Translations under genes and position numbers: made by a program | Source: Phoronis australis | Taxonomy: Eukaryota > Animalia > Phoronida | Direction of reading: 5' to 3' | Assembly (NCBI GenBank): GCA_002633005.1 | Contig: NMRA01000155.1 | Location: 1 to 64,000 of the forward strand | DNA: 64,000 nt | Notes under the pieces: generated by a model | Seen by the model: only the letters and a program-made list of their open reading frames with translations | Databases searched by the model: none | What the model was told of the DNA's origin: nothing | In this document: piece after piece, positions 13,301 through 25,000 of the stretch | How positions within the stretch are numbered: position 1 is the first letter of the stretch | Layout of the letters: each line of letters begins with the position of its first letter

Positions 13301-16300
13301 TATCAAGTGGCATATAACAACGATATTATCCGAGAGTAGAACATGTCAAAATTGCAGGTTTATTCACTTTAAAAATTAGAACCAATGCAATCTCTACCAC
13401 CATAATATTGACAAAGGTGAGACATAAGTGACGTTAAGCACGCGTGTACAAAGTAAATTCAAAACGAGTCAAATACCCTCAAGCCTTGATTAACGAACGC
13501 AACGAAAATACCGAACGCGTTTTCAAGGAATTCCAAACAGTGCAACGCAAGAGCTTTCTGGTTCTTCGCAATACTATTTTCAATTGCGTCTCGGTGTTAC
13601 GCACTTCTGTAACTGTAGTGGTGTTACTGCTTTTGTTCGCATCACGTAATTTCTTTACGAATGGTATTTACGAACCTTATTCTCGCAAGCTTTCACTGCG
13701 ACCTCTGTAGGACTCGATCACTTGATATGCATTTTTGAACGGTATTTCCCCGTATTTAATTCTTGTTTCACTATACATTGTAGTTTACGCTACTTCCCTG
13801 ACGGCAGCGTAAGCTCTCATACCTGCGGGTTTCTTGAACATTTTCACAGAACTCTTTGTAATTCCGTACTTGAAGTCTCTGACATACGGCAAACTGGTGT
13901 ATGGTGGGTGCTGGAAGTTTGCCTCTAAGTCTAATTGAAGTTTCTTGGGAACAAATTTAATCCACTCGTCCCCCTCAGTGTAACATCTGGTGGATCCTGG
14001 CACAGTCGGCTGACTTTGTCGCCGTTCACCACTCAAGCTCAACACAGAAAATTTGCACAGGTCCAACTCTGGTTGTATTGTTACTGAAATCATATATTAT
14101 TTTAAACCAGCTTAGGCTTGACACGTTGAACTACAATAACTGAACGTTGGGCATACATGTACAAGTAAATCTACTAACGTGATATTTTCACTTAACTGCA
14201 AGATTTCAACATTTGAGGCATTAGCAAGTAGGTGACAAATCAGCTGTTATCGAAACAGGACAGATTCTATAGCTTAAAATATGTTCTGAAATGACCAACT
14301 AAATCAGTGTCGGATTTAGGGGGGGGCAATGGGTCAATGCCCCCCCCCCCCCCTAAAATTCTACCCGATTCCATTTTGCGAGTTCAGGTGCGAATTGCTG
14401 ACTAGCACATGCGCGCAACCAGGGGGCCTTGGGGGGTGAATAAACAATGCATAGGCCCTGAATAAACCCCGTTTACCGCAAACCCAAGAATTCGAGACCC
14501 CTGCATTTCCAGATTTTAGGCTGAGCGCGCGCATCTGCCGAAATGCTGCTTATTCCTGTGCCCTGCCCCCCAAAACTCAAAATCCTGGATCCGCCCCTGC
14601 AAACCACCGTAAATCGATCATGATTTACAGTGATGCAGCGCTAGCAGCTCCAATAAACATGTACACACAGCATGGTAATTTCAACAATACTGATGCCACT
14701 TCACGAGGACAACAGCCTAAGTTCAATGGTCGGCTTGCTTCATCCAATTTGTGTACTACTGCAGGGTGAAGCTGGAATTATTGTAAACTGACGTTCACAA
14801 CTGTCGCATGGCTCAGCCCTCTTGAAGACTGTGGACAATCGAGAATGGAAACGCTCGTTTTAAATACTGTATGAAGCTTGGGATAGTCTATGGGGGGTAA
14901 CAAAATGTTCGACACGATAACTGACACGCCGTCTAATTAAACAAGACCACCTATAATAAAACCACTGTCGTAAGACGGGACAAAATATGTACATACAAAC
15001 TGTCTATAGAGGACAAGAACTCTATACGCTCTTGCACAAGGGATACCTGCCTGTGTCTTTACAAGAGGCACACGAGACGACCAGCATCAATGCACTTCAA
15101 TTTTTATTCGTTCACTAGTGTTGCAGTTGTCATAGACATACATGTAACCTATCATCAGAAAGTGTTGAGCACAAGGAAATTCTGCAGCAATCGACATTAC
15201 AGAGAACTTCTATTTTCTCCCTAGAAGGGGTTTCGTGAGTTTTCAAATTTATTTTGCCACCAGGAGACGTAACGCTAGTTTGAACCGTTTGAAAATTGTC
15301 GGGCGTCGTTTTGCCAATGACAAGAATATAGTTTCATGTGCATGCCATGTTTTCCTAGTTGTGCGCCTGGCCACGGACACAGGAAGGAAACACCCGCCTA
15401 CATAGATATATGTGCGCACGTGAAAACATTAAAATTTCATGAAAACGTTGTCATCAACGAACTCAAGGTTTTGTCATCGTACTAGGCTATCGCTAACGGC
15501 CGATATACGCTTCAATGTTTATTCCGGTTGCCTAACCCTAAAAGTATAGATTGGAAAATGGCGCCCGTACACATAGCCCATGGCTTGTGTTGCTGGCTCA
15601 CTCGACCGAATGAGCTCGGTCATGTTTTTAAAACCCAAAGCGTTTTGGTTAAGAATCCAACATTAACAGCTAAACAGGGGCGAAATATAGCTTTAAATTT
15701 CATTACGTACGATCGCATACACCACTTCCAGTCTTCGAGAAGCCTGATGCGCAAGCACAACTGTTTGGATATCCATTACTGCATACTCCAGGGAAACAAT
15801 GGTGTCCAACCCACGAACAACGAGCTGAAAAAAGCTCCAAATAGAGACGATACATGATACATGCATTTGTTTTAACTTTGAAGAAAATTGTTTGGTATTT
15901 AATGAAAACTAATCAGACATAATGTGGAAGTAAGCTGAACAGGTCACAACTAGGAAGCTGATACAAAACCTACGAGTTACATGATAGTATTAAGAAATCT
16001 TCGTTGTACAATGATTTCTCTAACCACTCAAGATAAGAGTTGGCCTCTCAATTAGATGGTAGTTCAGTAGGCCTAGTATATTGTTAATTTGATTTCTGGG
16101 GATTAATAGTATCTATATGTTTTACCTAAACTTATAAAATAAAATGAAAAAGGGAAAACTATAGGAGGTGCAAAAACGATTTTCACTAGAAAAAATCAAA
16201 AATGGCATCCATGAAGCTGTAAAAAAACTATTCGACGTGGTCTTAAGAGGGAAGTGAGGTTCATTATTTTCTAAGTAAGTCGAAATTCTCCGACCCGGAA

Positions 16301-18951
16301 GAAAGAAACAAGAAAAACATCAAAAGCGCCTCCTTACAAAGAAACGATAGGTGACGATGCTCTAGATTTATAGGTTTTACCAAGATGACTATCTGAGATT
16401 TACCGACGATGCGCAAAATCGGTCATTTTGAAAATTGCTAACGGTGTGTTGGAAAACCTGTACATGTATGGTCAGATGACCAATGTAATTTACAATACGT
16501 TTTGATATGTAAATACTCATGGCGCTTCCAAGATTAGTGGAGTGTTCAAGTACATGTAGGCGCAGCATCACACATTGGCACATGGACATACATTGGTATA
16601 TGTATATATACACTACATATTCTAAAGGTAAGACATTAGCAATCGATTTGCCGGTGAGATTTGCATAGATATGTACTTACGGTCACACTTAGTCAACGCA
16701 GTATTAGGTGTAAAAGCACACTTGTGTAGAATGGATTGGTATTGAAGATTGCACTCGAAACATTTCTTATTTTTCGGCCCTTCGTCACATCTCATACGAG
16801 CACAGTTGGCAACTTCGGCGCGCGGACAAGCTGTTAGAAAGGATATTAACGATCACTGACCATTTAACAGTTAACCAAAACTGTCTCGGAAAAGGTACAG
16901 TAGTTATTATACGTTTTGGCGTTTTCAAGCTGCTATAAATCCGTCTTCTGTCACAGACATAAACTTTTGATCTTGCCCACTAATCGTTACGAAATTGACC
17001 TCAAGATGTTCGTAGCTAAATTGAAACCATCCCGGGCTTCGAAGAAATTGAAGGCTCGCTATTGCTTGAGACTCGACTTCACAAGTTTGCTTATTTACTT
17101 TGAGTCCTTTTTTGCGCCGACCGTGGTGCCAAGGAATAACGAATTGCCAGTTCTTTGAGATGGCAAGTTTTCTCCTTGGCCGCAATGCAAGTTCGTATCC
17201 TCTTTATCTTTTAACTTCTGCGCATTTAAAAAAGTACCAATTGACCTTTCACCAAATAATCGGAGACGACGCATCACTATTTGTTGCGCAGGATTCAAAT
17301 CCGAACGAAATTTAACCAATAAAAACAGTACGTGAATGTATATTCAAAGTCGAGAAATGAGATGAATGACGTACGTCCCAAAAAGTGTCGCTCTTAAAAT
17401 ATCCAAGATGGACGAGAAATGTTTTCTTTCGGATACCACGAGCAATTAACTATAAAAACGTAAAGGCTAAGTTTTTAAACAAGTCGCGCATCTATGAACA
17501 CGTACGTTATGCCCAACGCACATGTTGTAAAATAACAAACTACATGTCCTTAATCAATTTGGCTTTTATTTAAACAGAAAAATTAGCCGCTCATAATTCA
17601 ATCTACACTCATCGTCTTCGTTGCGAGAAGTTTGCAATTGTCAACGTATGGATAGTTAGCAGAGGTAATAAACTTACGATCACAACGTGGTGAGTAATAC
17701 TCATCGGCACAGTTGGAGCAGTAGTTAGGTCTTACACAAGTACCTCCGTTGGGGCATGATGTTGACCCAAAACAAACAGCTGTAACACAAGGTAAACACA
17801 CATCAGTTACAAACTGTTGCATGACCTCTGTGAGCAAATTATACCTGTGTTTCTTGGCGAAATCCCTTAAAAAGATTGGTACCCGCTCGTGATTTTTTTC
17901 TTTACGACTTAAAATCGAAGTAGAACTTGGGGATTAGGTACCAGCAGCGTTGTGTTGTGTTGTGTGATGTGCCGGCCGTCAATGAGATGGTTGAATACCG
18001 TTGCTAAGTGCAGAATACTCAATTACTCTAGTTAACGCAACTGACATTAGCAAAGTGAGGACTCTCTTTCTCAGACAAGTGAAAAGTTTACATACATGTA
18101 CTACTTTCAAAATTTGTGGATTGCATGCACTAAACTTCATGATTCAAGGTTCTACAGCAAATAACAGTAAACAACTCAAGGAACTTTCACACCAATCACA
18201 AGAACTTCTCTATTGTTTTTGCCATACTGGTCAGCTGTATCAGGGCAACTATTCTGTGAATGACCATTACGCAATGTAGCGGTTTACAACAGAGTTCATC
18301 ATAACATGTTTGGATGCATAGTATGGGCCACTGACTCAACTGAAAGTCAAAACAGGTTACTATAAACAGCAACGATCTGCTGATGAAATAATATCAAATG
18401 AATAATACTCACATATTAAGTAAAGTAGTAAAGTACAAACCACTGATTTCATGACAAAAATAATGTTGTAGGAAATTGTCATGACTCAAACGATTCAGAT
18501 TCATTTCTAATCAGACGGACATGAGTTTTGGACACAATATGTGGCTCCTTATACATCTGTACCTCAAGACCAAGTGTACATGTAGAGACGCAAGATGCTG
18601 CTAGGGCTGCCATCTTTAATTTGCTGTGTCATACCTTCGCGTTCATGAATCTTCCTTTGTGTAGATGTCGCCAAGAATTGTCCAAAACGGAACTAGATGT
18701 AGATCCTAGTAGGAGCTAGACGCTTACGACCGTTCTGATCCGTCAAAAACTGATATCAGTAATAAACTTAACAACTAAGGACGGTCTTGCCAAGTTGGGC
18801 ATAGATCGATGTCCTGTCATGTACGTGAATTTTTTATGCCAACTGTCATGAACATCTACCATAGAACTTCACGGATACCGAGGCAAAAGCACACACACAC
18901 GCACAAACACACACACTCACGCACGCGTGCATATATATATATGTGTGTGTG

Positions 18952-19013
<62 letters not shown>

Positions 19014-22000
19014 NNNNNNNNNNNNNNNNNNNNNNNNNNNNNNNNNNNNNNNNNNNNNNNNNNNNNNNNNNNNNNNNNNNNNNNNNNNNNNNNNNNNNNN
19101 NNNNNNNNNNNNNNNNNNNNNNNNNNNNNNNNNNNNNNNNNNNNNNNNNNNNNNNNNNNNNNNNNNNNNNNNNNNNNNNNNNNNNNNNNNNNNNNNNNNN
19201 NNNNNNNNNNNNNNNNNNNNNNNNNNNNNNNNNNNNNNNNNNNNNNNNNNNNNNNNNNNNNNNNNNNNNNNNNNNNNNNNNNNNNNNNNNNNNNNNNNNN
19301 NNNNNNNNNNNNNNNNNNNNNNNNNNNNNNNNNNNNNNNNNNNNNNNNNNNNNNNNNNNNNNNNNNNNNNNNNNNNNNNNNNNNNNNNNNNNNNNNNNNN
19401 NNNNNNNNNNNNNNNNNNNNNNNNNNNNNNNNNNNNNNNNNNNNNNNNNNNNNNNNNNNNNNNNNNNNNNNNNNNNNNNNNNNNNNNNNNNNNNNNNNNN
19501 NNNNNNNNNNNNNNNNNNNNNNNNNNNNNNNNNNNNNNNNNNNNNNNNNNNNNNNNNNNNNNNNNNNNNNNNNNNNNNNNNNNNNNNNNNNNNNNNNNNN
19601 NNNNNNNNNNNNNNNNNNNNNNNNNNNNNNNNNNNNNNNNNNNNNNNNNNNNNNNNNNNNNNNNNNNNNNNNNNNNNNNNNNNNNNNNNNNNNNNNNNNN
19701 NNNNNNNNNNNNNNNNNNNNNNNNNNNNNNNNNNNNNNNNNNNNNNNNNNNNNNNNNNNNNNNNNNNNNNNNNNNNNNNNNNNNNNNNNNNNNNNNNNNN
19801 NNNNNNNNNNNNNNNNNNNNNNNNNNNNNNNNNNNNNNNNNNNNNNNNNNNNNNNNNNNNNNNNNNNNNNNNNNNNNNNNNNNNNNNNNNNNNNNNNNNN
19901 NNNNNNNNNNNNNNGCCACGATCGCTTTGTTTTTATCTTTGTCCCCTTCCCGCCTAGCGTCGCTGACTTCCTCACCAAAACGCTCGAAGCATTTTACGGG
20001 AGCAAATTCGACCACTTGATAGACGTTTGTTATCTCCAGGCCGTGTTCCAAGTACCATTTCAGAAGCGGGGACGCCAACAAAATTTTTTTACCGAAGAAA
20101 CTTCCTACCAGAGATCGTCGTGGTCGGCTCATGATTTTGTTTTTCTCGGCATACTCCCGCATAAATTCTCCTAGGTCGTCTCTGGTGATGTCTATGTTCT
20201 TGAATATAGGCTGCCTTTCTGAAAAATGCTCTCTCAGGTGGCTCGGGACTTCGATGTCACACTCCACAACCCCGAACAGAGTACCGTCTAGAACGAACGA
20301 TTTGATTTGTTCGCTCGTCAAGCGGTAGCAACGTTCCGTGGACAACTCTCGTCTTCTCAGAAAAGAACGTAGGGTATCGTATTGAAGTTTCAAATCCTCA
20401 AATTGGCACTCCCAAATCTCTTCGTAATCAAAGCCTTGACATATTATGTAATCCCTATTTTTGTGTTTTCCATAAGCTCACTCATGGCGACGTTTCGTGT
20501 TTCGTTCCTCGTCCTCGGAGTCCCGCCGTCGTTTTTCGTGAGACGACAGTCGTGGCCGTGCCAGTAACATCCTTGGAATTGGAACAGTTTGTGCGACTGA
20601 CGACAGAAACCATCCACCGGAATACGACGCTGACTCACCCTTTTTTCAACCCCGTTGAACTGATGTCGGATACTAATTCCTCGTTGCCACGCTACAAAAT
20701 CCAAACAAGCCGTTGCCTTTCGTACCTTTAATTCGGACATTTGATCAGTATGCTATAGACTACTTTTCTGAACGTTTTGATGATTTTAACATTTAATGCG
20801 GACATTTGATAAATTTGCTATAGACTACTTTTCTGAACGTTTTGATGATTTTATATTCGTATGATTTTTGTAGTGTTGGTTTTTCATTAATACACGTTTA
20901 AACGCTATCGGTTTTATGTTCTGTGTTAGCTGGTCGCTTCTTATTATTACGAGTACGATTCGCTCAGTACCGTCGGGGCCTGCGTTAGACTTTACGCGAC
21001 ATCTGTTGTTGGGTTGGGTGGTTATCCCCTTTTGTATACGCCTTTGTTTTTGATGAGACAGAACGCACAACATACACGACAGTCGGCGTACACGAACTAA
21101 GGTAATCCACGTTTTGTTATTATCATCTTTCTCTTTGTTTCGATTCTCGATCCGTTGCTAGGAGCCGCAAAACGGGCATCGAGGTGCCTCTGTAACCAAT
21201 TAAACCTATTACGTCATGAGGGGTGACGTCATTGACACATCCGTCCGGTTGGTGTCCCTTCCGATCACAGTTATTCCACGTGACCTTTGACCTTTCACAT
21301 AGATGACCTTTGACCGAGACCCTCAAAAGCGGGCGTCTAAACCTCTTACTATACTACTCAAGTACGACTTAGGGAATTTTTGGTACACGGAGTTAAGATC
21401 CTGAAACGTAAGAAAGCATTGTCGAAAGTGTTATTTGACACTTACGGACACAATGTGTGCCGGATCCCGAGTAACCTGAGTTGCATGAGCACGTGAAACT
21501 TCCCTGTGTGTTGGTACACTTTGCATAAGTGTGACAGTTGTGAGTTCCATCGGCACACTCATTCTTGTCTGTGAAAAGAAAATAATTCTTACACCGGAAT
21601 GATCAGTATACAGTGTACATGTATTAATCTCATAATTTTAAACATGCTAATTATGAAAATCAAGCTTTGAAATGTAATCCACTTACTTTTTTCTACTCCA
21701 AAGTTAGCATACATGTATGTGTGCATTTGAGCTCACAGACACTAAGCTGCCAATTACTCCAAAATAAGCATGCATTGTTTGCTGGGATGCCATACATGTA
21801 AGATTGAAAATAATTAACAATGGAAAATGTCATCAAGTTAAAAGTAGACATCAGTTGTGAGACATATATAGCTCATGTGTGAAAGCTTTAGGGTGGCCAT
21901 TATAATACTTTTTCACTTTCAGTTCCATAGAAACATTCATAATTCAGTTTGTATGCGTCGGCAGTCGTATGTTTACCGTACTGCCGCGCCCAATGAGTGT

Positions 22001-25000
22001 CTGTTCAGAACTTGCATAAAAAACACACCGCCAGCGAAAAAGTCATTATTTAAGATATAGGCCGATGGGCAACGTCAAATGAAATAGAGTTCACATTATG
22101 TGGTCATAGTTAATAACTTATATTATCTAAATTATGAATTCATTCACTGAACGGAAAGTCTAAGCATCAAATGCTAGTGTCATAACGTTGAATAAAACAC
22201 GTGTATTGTAACACAGTCACGTACCTTGGCAGAAGTACCAAATCTTGACTTTTTTGTTAAACAATCTGCAAGTATCCCCAAACAAACTGTTAGAAGCAGA
22301 AACGTCACAAGTCCTCTTTCCGTCACATAGTCCACTTACAGTGCCCGTCTTGTCCTTCGGGGAACAGAAAAAATTCTTTACGCCGTAGGTTGCTTCTCGG
22401 ACCTTGATGGCTGTGCCGCTGTCGCATACTACACTAGCTATGTCATCCTCTTCAGCTTCCGCATATTTTCTACAAGGACATTTACTTAAATATACCACTT
22501 CCTTTACTTTCACATGCTTAGAACACAGAATGAGTATAGCCAGTAGAAAGATGTCACTAAAATTAACACTTTTCGCAAATTACAACTATATGTGTACTCC
22601 CGTGACTTTACTACTAATTTTTGAAATTGATAAAGTGGGCGGACCTTCAGCCAAGTTGTTATTTATGCGGCGCTGGCAGTGGAGTGATTAGCCATAATTT
22701 GCACCAGCTGACAGATGTCGAGCACACGAGAGGTGAGGTCAAGATGTTTTGGCACTTCTTGTCAGCAAAACACGAGGAATCAAAGCGAAAATCACAATTC
22801 TTGATTAATACCCGTAAACGACTACATTAATTTGCTCTGAATCTCAGTCCTTTCAACGATTTATGTCACTATCCCGAATCAGTCGACCTATCCTTGGCCG
22901 TGTCGTGTGTAAACCGGAGACTTGGGTTTTAGTTTTAATCAAATTTGGTGCTTCAAATCGGATTTCTTTGAGTTCGATTGTCGCTTTTTCCTCTTCGAGA
23001 AAGTTATTTACATGTAAAACAAGCAGGCACATAATTTTTGACTATCGGCGAAATCAGTTGCTTACGAGAAATGCGTTTCCAGCCTGACATTGTGGTGTTC
23101 AATGTACAACTGCAGAGGTTTTGTTTAATAGGCGTTTGTTTCGGCCGAGACACAGAGTTGTGCTCAAAAAGGGTTCCAGTCTGATAATAGAATTGATGTG
23201 ATCATTATACATATTACAAATTACTTAATTTGGTATTTTTTGTAAGTTTTTGAACTAGATTGCCGTTTGAGTTGAGGACATTGACATACTGTAGGAACTA
23301 AATTAACAGGTGTTACCGTTGAAAATACATGTAGACTTTAAAGTTTGTTGGCCACAGAAAAAGTGTTATGCAAGGTATGAAACTGAGTGTTGAATGGCTT
23401 AAATGAAAAACGTGATATTCATATCGTGGTTGTCTTTGTGCGTGTTGACACATAAGTCTTACAATTATTACAGATGGAAAAGTATGTTGTTTAAGAATTC
23501 TTTGCTCTCATTAACGTGAATGTAGTCAATGAATTACTCTAACTTTAGGGTCGAACTGTTTGCATTTTTTAGTGATGGGTGTTGTTTAAAAACTCTGTTG
23601 CAAACCCCATCCAACACCAACCAAAGTGTCAATTTACAAACGTATTGGCAAGTTTATAGCTTGCAATAATGAAAATCTATACATTTTGATTGTTCAATAC
23701 AATATAGGATGCCAATCCGTATCAACCAGTTATAGCTCATGATTCATTTACAAACGACAAGGTACTACACAATTCCTTGTCAAATCAGCAATAATGTAGA
23801 AACAGCATAAAAATAATTCTACACGTGTTTTAAGGATTTCCAAATGTTTTACTGAGATGAAGGTGTAATGAAACTGCAATGAAATCACTTGATGGCACTA
23901 AGGCCAGCGACTTATCAGAATGAGTCTATTGTCGACCTCAGGCATACAGAAATTTTATCTTGTGACGACATGGACAATATGGGAGACGTGTGCAGAGGCT
24001 TGCCTAGAGTTGTGCTTTTACAATAGGTAACAAATTTACGTTAATATAGGCTGCAAAGATATAACTGACCAATTGAATAGGTATTTTGGTGTCACCTTCT
24101 TGTGCACTTGTGTTACTTCACCTGTGAAATGAAGGCACTTTACTACTATTGCTAAAATCTATTAAAAGTATTACTAAATAAGTTTTGTGATTTCAAAATG
24201 TGAGGTCTTCCCACAACTCACTAAAACATTAGTGTAAAATAAATTGTTCCAGTTATGTGAGCATTGATCCAGTGGCAGTCAACCTTCTTAGACACTTACC
24301 CCCCCCCGAAAATTAAATATTGACATACCGTATTATGTCTACATATTGCATTGCTACTCAACTTTTCATAAATGAGTTATTTAGGCGCTAAATGTGCAAG
24401 TTGTCTTGGTATAGTTCAATCCAGTTTAAGTGCCAGAGAAAGAAACTGTCTGAATAGTAGATCCATTTTAAGATTCCCAAAATTTGTGCATATGTACTTA
24501 TAAATCATGGGGTCAAACTTGTTGACATGGGGACCGTTCCAATAAAACTGACTTAGCTAAGAAAAATCTTATTTTTTGTAAACTTAACAATGTTAAATTT
24601 GTCTCAAAACCAATTCAAAAAATACATGTCAAGTTTAACTTAAGTGTTTTGTGTTAATTTTGACTAACTTACCAAATATGGAAGTTTCAAAATTTGGAAA
24701 TCAAGACAAATCTTATACTTAAGTCAAAAATGAACTTAAGCAAGTTTCTTGGAACAGGCCCATGTACTCTAACGTCAAAATCTATTTTTAAATGGTGTTT
24801 ACAACTTAAGGTTCTGTGGTCAAAGTACTCTAGAGATTCTAGAAAATTCTGAGAACAAAATGTAACAGCCAATGATTTGATTGGATATGATCATGTAGTT
24901 TTTATTAAACAATCACTAAATAAGTAGAATATTATAAAGTGGGCTTAAGTCAACAAGATATTTAGATGCGCTACAATAGTTGAAGCATAAATACTTGCTA

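Larger units (their letters stand above)
19915..21358 (-). mobile_element. Polinton/Maverick derivative (one terminus plus partial protein-primed PolB), intronic
   Basis: Minus strand begins AGTAGTATAGTAAGAGG at 21358, the Polinton AGTAGT terminal signature; pPolB-like coding sequence from ~20730 runs into the gap. Confidence 0.85.

Noticed and set aside
18190-18339. Possible extra exon of the mosaic gene
   Set aside because: The required phase-1 frame hits a stop, and the model is complete without it.
18846-20174. Long ORFs spanning the first N gap with IYIYIY tails
   Set aside because: Artefacts of the N run and (TA)n repeat; only the polB part right of the gap is real.
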